32,000 bases of DNA from Candidatus Electronema halotolerans. Lineage in GTDB: Bacteria > Desulfobacterota > Desulfobulbia > Desulfobulbales > Desulfobulbaceae. The stretch spans positions 1,410,001 through 1,442,000 of the forward strand of contig OW818675.1 in assembly GCA_942493095.1 (NCBI GenBank). Direction: 5' to 3'. A model generated the notes under the pieces. It ran no database searches. It saw only the letters and a list, made by a program, of their open reading frames with translations, and was not told the origin of the DNA. The position numbers were made by a program, and so were the translations under genes. Positions 9,771-18,448 of the stretch are shown here, in pieces; the first letter of the stretch is position 1, and the number at the start of each line of letters is the position of its first letter.

Positions 9771-10044
9771 TTTCTGCTGACGGACATTGCAGACGAAGTT
9801 CCATGAGCACTTTCGCGTGACAGGCAGTTGAGCGGAGCCGCAGCCACCAGCCTGTGAGTCGGTTCTGCTCCGGCAAGGCCTGTCAGGTCAAGGGTTGCGG
9901 CGGAAGCACGGTTTTTCATTTACGAACCGCTGCTTGGTTGATATTGTGTCAGGTGCGGCTTGCAGCCCAGGCGGCTTGCGCCCTGAATGCCTGAGCTGCT
10001 GCCCTTGGAAGGTGAAAACGGTAATAAAGCAAAAGGAGATGATC

Positions 10045-10623
10045 ATGAAATGCAAAACAAGCGCTGTCCTTTTTGCTGTTTCATTTATTCTGTTTCTGAT
10101 TGAGTTGTTTTTCAAAATCGATCTGATGGTGCTGCTGTTCAGCTATCATGAGACATTTCTTGATGCCATGCTGCCAGTTTTCATCTTCACAGGAATTGGC
10201 TTTGCTGTCGATTATGTTCTGCATTTGCTAAAAAGAAAAGAATCGGAAAAGAATCAGCTCTATCAGGAAACCGTTTTTGGCATGAATCATCTGGTGCGGA
10301 GCCTGCAAAGCAAATTTATCATGATCACTGAATCGGAAGCAGTTAAAAAGGAGTTGGGCTGCGATCTCATTGAACTGCTCAGGGAGTCATCTGAAGATAT
10401 TGAAAAAATCCTTGATAAATTGACTGATCTGAACAAGGCTGATTCTGAGACTGTCAAAGAGATTTTGGACAGTCCAAATCACTGCCATATCTGCGGCTGC
10501 GAGATAAAAGCCTCAAAGCGGGCAACGCATTGCGCCCATTGCAAAAAGATAGGTTGTCCGATCCGTGAAGCGCAGCAGACGCAGGAGGGAGCAGAATCAG
10601 TTTCCTGTCAAAGAGATAACTGA
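10045..10623 (+). CDS. Membrane protein with two predicted TM segments and C-terminal zinc-ribbon-like motif (192 aa)
   Basis: ORF 9895..10623; ATG 10045 preceded by aaaaggagatgatc. Hydrophobic N-terminus; C-terminus has CHICGCEIKASKRATHCAHCKKIGC (two CxxC knuckles). Confidence 0.65.
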   Translation: MKCKTSAVLFAVSFILFLIELFFKIDLMVLLFSYHETFLDAMLPVFIFTGIGFAVDYVLHLLKRKESEKNQLYQETVFGMNHLVRSLQSKFIMITESEAVKKELGCDLIELLRESSEDIEKILDKLTDLNKADSETVKEILDSPNHCHICGCEIKASKRATHCAHCKKIGCPIREAQQTQEGAESVSCQRDN

Positions 10624-10680
10624 TGCTGTCAAATTTGTTGACTCGCAGGAGTGCGAATATTTTTTTACAGAGGAACAACC

Positions 10681-11706
10681 ATGAGCAAGAGAATTGTTCT
10701 GTTTAACCATAAAGGCGGAGTCAGCAAGACAACTACGACCTATAATCTGGGTTGGAAACTTGCTGAAAACAGTCGCGTCCTTCTCGTTGATGCTGACCCT
10801 CAATGTAATTTGACCAGCCTGCTGCTCGGTGATGATTTTGATAAATATTATACAGAAAAAGAAACATGTCGTCACAACTTGCGTGATGGAGTCGAGGTGG
10901 CATTCAAAGGTAAGCCCTCTCCAATAACGGCAATTGACTGTTTTGTTCCATCAAGACAGCCAAACCTGTTTTTAATTCCAGGGCATCCGAATTTGTCTGA
11001 GTTTGAGGCTGCTCTTACTTTTGCACAGACTTCAAATAATGCAATTGCAACTCTAGAAAATCTTCCAGGAGCATTCAGTGCATTTTTGAAAGAAGTAGAA
11101 AGGAAATATAAAACTGAATATACGATTATTGACTTAAACCCAAGTTTAAGCTCTATTAATCAAAATCTTTTTCTGGCATCAGATTACTTGATTATTCCAA
11201 CGAATCCTGATCCATTCTCTTTGATGGCAATAGACACACTTCGGGCAGTGATGCCTCGCTGGGCTAAATGGTTAAAAGAAAACGCATCATTATTTTCTGA
11301 AGCATCTTATCCATTAGATGAAAATCCACCAGTTCTGCTGGGTACTATTATTCAGCGTTTCAATGTTCGGAATCAGAAAGCAGCACGGCCATATCGTAAT
11401 AATATTGAAGACATAAAGAAAAAGATAGTTTTAGAGCTTCTTCCCGATTTGATGCGATTAGGCATGGCAAAAAAAGAGAAGGATTACGGAAGTATATTGA
11501 TGCAAAATGGTCTTTGTCTTGCAGAATTGTCTGACTTTCAGGGTTTGCTGCCGAAAGCTACAAATGCAGGAGTTCCTGTGTATGCGCTTACTGATGATGA
11601 AATAGGAGCAACTGGTATTGTATTAAAAGGAATGCAAGAGAATCGAAAACGATTTGGAAAACTTTTTGATCAACTTGCGGCGGAAGTCAGACGGTTGACC
11701 GCATAA
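10681..11706 (+). CDS. ParA/MinD-like P-loop ATPase
   Basis: MSKRIVLFNHKGGVSKTTTTYNLGWKLAENSRVLLVDADPQCNLTSL: deviant Walker A (KGGVSKTT) and Walker A' region; later YTIIDLNPSLSSINQ (Walker B-like). Confidence 0.88.
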   Translation: MSKRIVLFNHKGGVSKTTTTYNLGWKLAENSRVLLVDADPQCNLTSLLLGDDFDKYYTEKETCRHNLRDGVEVAFKGKPSPITAIDCFVPSRQPNLFLIPGHPNLSEFEAALTFAQTSNNAIATLENLPGAFSAFLKEVERKYKTEYTIIDLNPSLSSINQNLFLASDYLIIPTNPDPFSLMAIDTLRAVMPRWAKWLKENASLFSEASYPLDENPPVLLGTIIQRFNVRNQKAARPYRNNIEDIKKKIVLELLPDLMRLGMAKKEKDYGSILMQNGLCLAELSDFQGLLPKATNAGVPVYALTDDEIGATGIVLKGMQENRKRFGKLFDQLAAEVRRLTA

Positions 11707-11709
11707 GCA

Positions 11710-12318
11710 ATGATTGTAAATTTCCGAGAAAGTTTGGCTGATGCTGAAAGATTGCGACTGCTTTATGCGCATTGCCTTGACCAGCTCCATCTTCCCGGAG
11801 ATTACAGTGATCTGCTCAGGATGAGCTTTATTTATTGCCTGAGCGCGCTGGACAAGTTGATGCACGATATTATTTTGCACGAAATGGTGGAAATATATGC
11901 TGGAAGGCGTTCGCCAACTCCTAAATATCTCTCCGAAGCACTTACGATTGAAAATCATCTTCTACTGTCAGAGGCAACTGTTCCTCCTCCTGAAATTCTC
12001 TTTGAAAAAATTATTCGGCGAAAACTTGGCTATCAAAGCTTTATGGATCCGGCAAAACTTGCCGAAGGCTTATCGCTCATTTGGGAAGAACCGCATAAAT
12101 GGCAGGCTATTGCCAACGAATTAAGCAAAGATGAGAAACAGATCAAGATCGAACTCAGAAATATCGTCAAGCGGAGAAGCGCGATAGTTCATGAGGCTGA
12201 CCGAGACCCAAGCACTATGGAGAAACTGCCTATTGATCAAGATGATGCCGAGCGAGTTCAGCTATTTATCAGCGAGATAGGAGAAATTGTTTACCGGCTT
12301 GTCTGTTTGATACCATGA
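11710..12318 (+). CDS. HEPN-domain protein, RiboL-PSP-HEPN-like putative ribonuclease
   Basis: All-helical-looking 202 aa protein with LRNIVKRRSAIVHEADRDP (Rx4H HEPN signature). Starts 3 nt after the ParA-like stop codon. Confidence 0.7.
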   Translation: MIVNFRESLADAERLRLLYAHCLDQLHLPGDYSDLLRMSFIYCLSALDKLMHDIILHEMVEIYAGRRSPTPKYLSEALTIENHLLLSEATVPPPEILFEKIIRRKLGYQSFMDPAKLAEGLSLIWEEPHKWQAIANELSKDEKQIKIELRNIVKRRSAIVHEADRDPSTMEKLPIDQDDAERVQLFISEIGEIVYRLVCLIP

Positions 12319-12363
12319 AATGATAATGATGCCGCAGTCAATGCGCTTGCAAATTGCCCGACC

Positions 12364-14331
12364 ATGACCACCTACATCACCACCCCGATTTACTACGTCA
12401 ATGCCCTGCCGCACATCGGCCATGCCTACACCACCATCATCACGGATACGTACAGCCGTTTCCGGCGGCTTTGCGGTGATGATGTCCGTTTTCAAACCGG
12501 CACGGACGAGCACGGCGAAAAAATTGCCCAAGCTGCGGAAAAGGAAGGATGCAGTCCGCGTGAGTATGCTGACCGGATTTCCGCCGCCTTCCGCAGCACG
12601 TGGCCGCTGCTGGATATTGCCCCGGATCGCTTCATCCGCACCACCGAGCCAGAGCATATCAAGGTGGTGCAGGCTCTCCTGCAACAGGTCTATGAGCGGG
12701 ATGATATTTACTTTGCCGAATATTCAGGGCAATACTGTAAAGGCTGCGAACGCTTCCTGACCGAAAAGGAGCTGATCGACGGCAAATGCCCGGATCACCT
12801 GACTGTGCCGGACGAGGTCAGCGAGCAGAACTACTTCTTCCGCATGTCAAAATATCAGGACTGGCTGATCAGCTATATCAAAAACAATCCTGATTACATC
12901 ACCCCGGAACGCTACCGCAACGAGGTGCTGTCATTTCTCAGCGAGCCGCTGGAGGACTTGTGCATCTCCCGGCCCTGCTCGCGCCTGACGTGGGGCATTC
13001 CCCTGCCCTTTGACGAGAAATTTGTCACCTATGTCTGGTTTGATGCCTTGATCAACTATCTGACCGGCATTGGCTGGCCAGACGGCCCAAATTTCGATAA
13101 ATACTGGAATGTTGCCGAGCACGTGATTGCCAAGGACATCCTCAAGCCGCACGCCATTTACTGGCCAACCATGATTCAGGCGATGGGCCTGCCGCCCTAC
13201 AAGCGGCTGCATGTGCATGGCTATTGGAATGTGGATGAAACCAAGATGTCGAAATCGCTTGGCAATGTTATTCGGCCCAGCGATCTGGTCGAGGAATACG
13301 GCGCAGACACGGTGCGCTATTTCCTGCTGCGCGAGATGAGCTTTGGCCGCGATGCCTCCTTTTCCACCAAGGCAATCTTTGATCGGCGCAATGCTGATTT
13401 GGCCAATGATCTTGGCAATCTCTTTTCCCGCAGCCTGACCATGCTGGCCAAGTATGCGGACTCCATCGTGCCAGAACTTGACAAGGCCAGTGTGACTGAG
13501 GAGGACCGGCTGCTGGTCGATGCGCTGGAAAAGATGGTGGAGGAATACCGCCAGTGCATGAATAATTTTGAGTTTCACCGTGCTTTGCAGGCGGTTTGGG
13601 AAGTGATCGGCATGTTGAACCGCTTCATTGTCACCAATGCGCCGTGGGAGCTGGCTAAGGACGAAAGCCAAGCCGGGCGGCTGCGCACTGTGCTTTATTT
13701 CTTGGCAGACAGTCTGCGCCTGCTGGCCTTGGTTCTGCGTCCGGTCATGCCGACTGCGGCAGGCAAAATGGCGGCAGCTTTGGGTCTGGAGGAGCAGCTT
13801 GCCAAGGCAGTGCTGGATGAGGAAGGCTGCTGGGGCAAGATACAGGCTGGCACGGTGCTGAAAACAGGCGAGGCACTCTTCCCCCGCTTGGACAAGAAGG
13901 CTGCTCAACCTGCTTCTGCTGCGCCGGAAAAAATTGCCAAGGCTGAGAGAAAAAAGGCGAAAGAAGCGGTTGCCCCGGAGACGGCAGAACAGGACGGTCT
14001 GATTACTTTTGACTATTTTGGCAAGGTTGAGCTGCGGGTGGCCGAGATTGTCGCGGCGGAGAAGATCGCCAAGGCGGACAAGCTGCTCAAGCTCACGGTC
14101 AAGGCACCGGAAGAGCGCACTTTGGTGGCGGGCATTGCCAAGCATTATCAGCCGGAAGACATCATCGGCCTGAAGGTCATTATTGTCGCCAACCTCAAGC
14201 CTGCAAAGCTCATGGGCATCACCTCGCAGGGCATGGTCTTGGCGGCCAAGGAGAAGGATGCGGACGGCAATGAGCGGCTGGTGCTTTCCACTGTGACCGG
14301 GGATATTGCGGTTGGATCGCGGGTGGCGTAG
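12364..14331 (+). CDS. metG: Methionyl-tRNA synthetase with C-terminal tRNA-binding domain
   Basis: TTPIYYVNALPHIGHAYT (HIGH region), DETKMSKSLGNVI (KMSKS), C-terminal EMAPII/Trbp-like domain ITFDYFGKVELRVAEIVAAEKI. Confidence 0.97.
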   Translation: MTTYITTPIYYVNALPHIGHAYTTIITDTYSRFRRLCGDDVRFQTGTDEHGEKIAQAAEKEGCSPREYADRISAAFRSTWPLLDIAPDRFIRTTEPEHIKVVQALLQQVYERDDIYFAEYSGQYCKGCERFLTEKELIDGKCPDHLTVPDEVSEQNYFFRMSKYQDWLISYIKNNPDYITPERYRNEVLSFLSEPLEDLCISRPCSRLTWGIPLPFDEKFVTYVWFDALINYLTGIGWPDGPNFDKYWNVAEHVIAKDILKPHAIYWPTMIQAMGLPPYKRLHVHGYWNVDETKMSKSLGNVIRPSDLVEEYGADTVRYFLLREMSFGRDASFSTKAIFDRRNADLANDLGNLFSRSLTMLAKYADSIVPELDKASVTEEDRLLVDALEKMVEEYRQCMNNFEFHRALQAVWEVIGMLNRFIVTNAPWELAKDESQAGRLRTVLYFLADSLRLLALVLRPVMPTAAGKMAAALGLEEQLAKAVLDEEGCWGKIQAGTVLKTGEALFPRLDKKAAQPASAAPEKIAKAERKKAKEAVAPETAEQDGLITFDYFGKVELRVAEIVAAEKIAKADKLLKLTVKAPEERTLVAGIAKHYQPEDIIGLKVIIVANLKPAKLMGITSQGMVLAAKEKDADGNERLVLSTVTGDIAVGSRVA

Positions 14332-14342
14332 CAGAAAATAGA

Positions 14343-14368
14343 TGTTCCCATGCGGGAGTGTGGGAACA
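14343..14368 (+). other. Short hairpin between metG and the ATPase gene
   Basis: tgttccca (14343-14350) pairs with tgggaaca (14361-14368) around a 10-nt loop. No T tract, so function is unclear. Confidence 0.4.
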
Positions 14369-14393
14369 AGTACATTACTTGAGAGGAGTTGCA

Positions 14394-15437
14394 ATGATAA
14401 AAAATCTTGAGATAAAAAATTTCAGAGGCTTCTCTGAATACAAGATTGATGATGTCGGGCAGGTCAATCTGCTGGTTGGGACAAACAACTGCGGGAAGAC
14501 TTCGATTTTGGAAGCGATTCAACTGCTTAAATTACGAGGATCCTATCTTGCATATTTTTCTAGTATTGATCAAAGAGGAGAGAAAAGTGAACAACAGATA
14601 AGTGCAAGAGATTTTCGTGGCCTATTTCATGGATTTAATTTTATACCATTATCTGCATTCTTAATACAATGCAATGATAATGAATATTTAAAAACTTCAA
14701 TCAGCACAGAGAAAGATCTTTATCTAGATATTGACACACTTGATAATGATTATAGATTTCATATTATCTATAGCGTTAAAAACAAAAAAACTGAATCTGT
14801 TATTGTGTTTAACAAGGGTAGGACAGAGCAAAGGTTTGCTAAAAATGCACCAGAACATATTAAAAATATAAAATTTGTGCCAGCATCTTCCCTGACGACA
14901 CAGAAAGTTATTGCTCTATTCGAGAAGATAGCTCTTCTTCCTGATGAGGAATTTGTACTGGAAGCTATAAGAATTATTGAACCAGATATTATGCGTCTTG
15001 CATCTCTTGGAGGAAAGACTTTCTCTGAAAGAGATACTCGTGGTGGATTTTTTGTAAAAAGCAGTAAATGGGAGGAAAGAATTCCCATAGGCAGTTTCGG
15101 TGACGGCATCTGGCGTTTGCTCGGCATCGCCTTATCTCTTGTTGGAGCAAAGAACGGAACCTTGCTGATTGATGAGATAGACACCGGCTTGCATCACACG
15201 GTGATGTCCAAGATGTGGAAGCTGATTTGCGCCACAGCAAAAAAACTCAATGTGCAGGTCTTTGCCACCACGCACAGCAGCGATTGCTGGAAAACGCTGG
15301 CTGACAATGCCGTTGAAGAAAAATTTGCAGACATGCCTATCCGTATTCATCGTATTGACAAGGATAAAAAGAAACCGGAAACTTTCACCAATCAGGAAAT
15401 GCACCTTGCCTTGAACAGAGAAATTGAGGTGCGTTGA
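14394..15437 (+). CDS. AAA family (AAA15/21, OLD/RecF-like) ATPase
   Basis: MIKNLEIKNFRGFSEYKIDDVGQVNLLVGTNNCGKTSILEAIQLLKLRG (Walker A GTNNCGKTS), SFGDGIWRLLGIALSLVGAKNGTLLIDEIDTGLHH (signature and Walker B). SD gagaggag before ATG 14394; the ORF track start at 14358 is probably too early. Confidence 0.88.
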   Translation: MIKNLEIKNFRGFSEYKIDDVGQVNLLVGTNNCGKTSILEAIQLLKLRGSYLAYFSSIDQRGEKSEQQISARDFRGLFHGFNFIPLSAFLIQCNDNEYLKTSISTEKDLYLDIDTLDNDYRFHIIYSVKNKKTESVIVFNKGRTEQRFAKNAPEHIKNIKFVPASSLTTQKVIALFEKIALLPDEEFVLEAIRIIEPDIMRLASLGGKTFSERDTRGGFFVKSSKWEERIPIGSFGDGIWRLLGIALSLVGAKNGTLLIDEIDTGLHHTVMSKMWKLICATAKKLNVQVFATTHSSDCWKTLADNAVEEKFADMPIRIHRIDKDKKKPETFTNQEMHLALNREIEVR

Positions 15438-15438
15438 G

Positions 15439-16077
15439 ATGATTTATGAAAAGGTGCTGCTGGTTGAAGGCGAGGAAGACAAACGGGTTATTCCTGAGCT
15501 TGTCGAAGCTAATGGCGTACAATGGGGAAATAAACCGAAAGATCGTATTGTTGAAATCAAGCCGCTCCACGGAATAGAAAAACTGCTTGATAAAAATCTG
15601 ATCAATATTGAACTGAAAGCATCTGGTTTAAAAATTCTCGGCATCATTCTTGATGCAGATGAATTTCCTTCCAAACGTTGGCAAAGCATCCGCAACTGCC
15701 TGATTGAAAGATTTCCTGATCTCCCAGAACAATTGCCACAATCTGGCCTGATTCATCTTGGTGAAATCAAAGTCGGAGTTTGGATGATGCCGGACAATAA
15801 AGAGCGTGGAATGCTGGAAACCTTCCTCCAATTTCTCCTGCCGGAAGATAGCAAGGCGTTATGGCAATTTTCCGAGCAAAGCTGCCATCAGGCAAAAGAG
15901 CAAGGTGCTTGCTTCAAAGACTGCCACAGCGATAAAGCAAAAATTCACACATGGCTGGCGTGGCAAAATCCGCCCGGAAGGCAGCTTGGTTATGCGATAA
16001 AAGAACGCATTCTTTCGCCAGACTCGCCGCAGGCGGAAATTTTTATGCAGTGGTTCAAAGCACTGTTTGAAGTATGA
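15439..16077 (+). CDS. DUF3226-like / TOPRIM-fold protein (putative nuclease partner of the ATPase)
   Basis: MIYEKVLLVEGEEDKRVIPELVEANG...LKILGIILDADEFPSKRWQSI...KVGVWMMPDNKERGMLETFL; the VEGEEDK...DAD pattern resembles TOPRIM. One base separates it from the preceding ORF. Confidence 0.7.
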   Translation: MIYEKVLLVEGEEDKRVIPELVEANGVQWGNKPKDRIVEIKPLHGIEKLLDKNLINIELKASGLKILGIILDADEFPSKRWQSIRNCLIERFPDLPEQLPQSGLIHLGEIKVGVWMMPDNKERGMLETFLQFLLPEDSKALWQFSEQSCHQAKEQGACFKDCHSDKAKIHTWLAWQNPPGRQLGYAIKERILSPDSPQAEIFMQWFKALFEV

Positions 16078-16188
16078 AGAAATATTTTCTTTTTAGAAAC
16101 CATTTTTGCTAACTTCTGCAATTTATCTGCCGATGTTTTTGTCTGCGTCAGATCGGAAACAGAGGAAACAACGTCAATGTATTAAAAT

Positions 16189-16623
16189 ATGGACGCAAGA
16201 GAAGAAGCACTGCAACTTTTTCAGTCAGGATATGCTTGCTCTCAGTCAATCGTGATTGCCTTTTCAGAGCAAGCAGGTGTTGACAGGGATACAGCAAAAC
16301 GAATATCCTCTGCTTTTGGCGGCGGCATGGGGCGACTGCGGAAAACCTGCGGCGTGTTGACTGGCGCATTTATGATACTGGGTATGAAGTATGGCAACGC
16401 AGAACCGAATGATATGGATTCAAAGCTGCATACTTATCGTTTGGTTCAAGAATTTACCAGACGATTCCAAGAAAAACACGGCGAGACAGATTGCGGCAAA
16501 CTGCTCAAAAAGCATGTCAGTGAACAAGATGTCGAACAACGGCAACACCACAGGAAAATATGTGATATTTTTGTTCGTGATGGCGCAGAAATTCTATCTG
16601 AAATATTAGACAGGCAATTTTAA
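16189..16623 (+). CDS. C_GCAxxG_C_C family protein (putative redox/metal protein)
   Basis: ALQLFQSGYACSQSIVIAFSEQAG...SSAFGGGMGRLRKTCGVLTGAFMILGMKYG...TDCGKLLKK...C: family-typical cysteine spacing. Confidence 0.8.
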   Translation: MDAREEALQLFQSGYACSQSIVIAFSEQAGVDRDTAKRISSAFGGGMGRLRKTCGVLTGAFMILGMKYGNAEPNDMDSKLHTYRLVQEFTRRFQEKHGETDCGKLLKKHVSEQDVEQRQHHRKICDIFVRDGAEILSEILDRQF

Positions 16624-17315
16624 TGAGAATAATCATTACTGACCTGACAAAATTTAACAAAAAAGATATTGTCTGTATTGCAGGAATCAATCCAAAGACA
16701 AATGAGTGCATCAGGCCGAGGCCATATATTGCAAAAAAAGATTGTCAAAAGAGAAATATATTGCCCGGCGCAATAATTGAAGGTAAATTTACTTCTTACC
16801 CATATACTGCTCCGCATACGGAAGATAGAAATAGAAGCCTGTTGACATTTCGTGGCCCATGCAGTTCAGAAGAATTTAAACATCTGCTTAAAAATACAAG
16901 TATTGATTCTGTTGAAGAAGGTTTTGGAATCCAATTTGCAGATGGTCAAAAATATATCCCCCATAACAATCCTCCAGATTTATCAATTATAACATTGACA
17001 TTGTATCCTGATCAATTATATATGGTTAAGGATAAATACAACAAACTTAGAGTTAATTTTACTCAACACAGCAAAGAATTTAGTTTCCTGTCTGTCACAG
17101 ATTTAAGATTTTGCAATTACGCTGAAAGAAACCTTATAGATGATAATTTATATGAGCTGAATAATTTTATTCATACCCAACAAGAAATTTATCTTAGATT
17201 AGGTCTTAGCCGTCTTTACAAAAACGAGAAGGACGGAAGAAGCGGATTCTGGTTGCAAGTCAATGGGATTTACACCTTTCCAGAATATTTCAAAAAAATC
17301 AGGTGCTATGAGTGA
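16623..17315 (+). CDS. Dual-OB-like domain protein (putative nucleic-acid-associated)
   Basis: MRIIITDLTKFNKKDIVCIAGINPKTNECIRPRPYIAKKDC...LPGAIIEGKF, resembling dual OB-containing proteins found beside DUF488. Start overlaps the previous stop (TAATG). Confidence 0.55.
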   Translation: MRIIITDLTKFNKKDIVCIAGINPKTNECIRPRPYIAKKDCQKRNILPGAIIEGKFTSYPYTAPHTEDRNRSLLTFRGPCSSEEFKHLLKNTSIDSVEEGFGIQFADGQKYIPHNNPPDLSIITLTLYPDQLYMVKDKYNKLRVNFTQHSKEFSFLSVTDLRFCNYAERNLIDDNLYELNNFIHTQQEIYLRLGLSRLYKNEKDGRSGFWLQVNGIYTFPEYFKKIRCYE

Positions 17316-17898
17316 AAATAACGAGCTGTTCACAGTAGGGTACTCACCTTACGAAAGAGAGTCTTTTTTATCTGTTTTAAAAAAATATAAAATAACAGCA
17401 GTTGCAGATGTTCGTTCTTTACCGTTCAGTCAATTCAAACCGGAATTTAATCGAGACCAGCTATCTGAATTTCTTAAAAAGAATGAAATTGTTTATGTTT
17501 TCTTAGGAGATGTTTGCGGTGCAAAAATAGAAGACAAGTCTTGTCAGGTTGACGGAAGGATAGATTATACACTTGTAGCAAAAAAACATAAATTCAGTGA
17601 ATGCTTAAAAAGAATAATCAACGGTATGAATAAATTTAGAATAGCACTTATGTGTTCAGAAAAAGATCCAATAATGTGCCATAGAACAATATTGATTTGT
17701 CGAAATTTGATTTCCTATAATGTTTCTGTGAAACATTTATTAAGCGATGGAACTATTGAAGATCATAAAGATAGCGAACAGAGGCTGCTGAAACTTTTTA
17801 ATCTGAATCATCCAGAATTATTTCGCAGTGAGAAAGAGAGATTGAATGAGGCATATTTACGGCAAGGCAGAAAAATTGCTTTTGAAGCAAGCGCATGA
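17308..17898 (+). CDS. DUF488 family protein
   Basis: MSENNELFTVGYSPYERESFLSVLKKYKITAVADVRSLPFSQFKPEFNRDQL...ALMCSEKDPIMCHRTILICRNL: DUF488-type TVGYS...DVRS and CxE...CHR motifs. Overlaps the upstream gene by 8 nt. Confidence 0.85.
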   Translation: MSENNELFTVGYSPYERESFLSVLKKYKITAVADVRSLPFSQFKPEFNRDQLSEFLKKNEIVYVFLGDVCGAKIEDKSCQVDGRIDYTLVAKKHKFSECLKRIINGMNKFRIALMCSEKDPIMCHRTILICRNLISYNVSVKHLLSDGTIEDHKDSEQRLLKLFNLNHPELFRSEKERLNEAYLRQGRKIAFEASA

Positions 17899-17951
17899 AC
17901 ATAGATTAAAATTATTTTGCCACTAAATCTATTTGAATAAAAGGACATGCA

Positions 17952-18395
17952 ATGCACAGGATAAAACTTTACACTATCGGATTTACAAAAAAAAGCGCAG
18001 AAGTATTTTTTTCGGAAATACGTGATGCTGGTGTGAAAATAGTCATCGACGTTCGGTTGAACAATATTTCGCAGCTTGCTGGTTTTGCTAAAAAAAACGA
18101 TCTTGTTTTTTTCTTGAAAGAATTGTGTGATTGTAAGTATTTGTATATTCAAGATTTTACACCAACAAAAGAAATTCTTGATGCGTACAAAAAGAAAGAG
18201 ATTGACTGGCATGAGTATGCCCGGCGTTTTCTGCTGCTCATTGAAGAACGTGAAATTGAAACAAAAGTATCGATTGAACAGCTTGATAACGCATGTCTTC
18301 TGTGCAGCGAGCCAGCATCTGAACACTGTCATCGTCGTTTGGTGAGTGAATATCTTGCGGAAAAGTTAATAAATGTAGATGTTAAGCATCTGTAA
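17952..18395 (+). CDS. DUF488 family protein (second, divergent copy)
   Basis: LYTIGFTKKSAEVFFSEIRDAGVKIVIDVRLNNISQLAGFAKKNDL...ACLLCSEPASEHCHRRLVSEYL. Confidence 0.83.
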   Translation: MHRIKLYTIGFTKKSAEVFFSEIRDAGVKIVIDVRLNNISQLAGFAKKNDLVFFLKELCDCKYLYIQDFTPTKEILDAYKKKEIDWHEYARRFLLLIEEREIETKVSIEQLDNACLLCSEPASEHCHRRLVSEYLAEKLINVDVKHL

Positions 18396-18448
18396 TTTTC
18401 TAAAAATACGTTCATTCCATGAAAGTATAACTGCTATAAAACAGTTTG

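Noticed and set aside
10651-11706. Chromosome or plasmid partitioning locus (parAB)
   Set aside because: No ParB gene or parS-like repeats nearby. The partner gene is HEPN-like instead.
12931-14394. 487-aa minus-strand ORF opposite metG
   Set aside because: Antisense shadow of a well-supported metG; the translation resembles no protein family.
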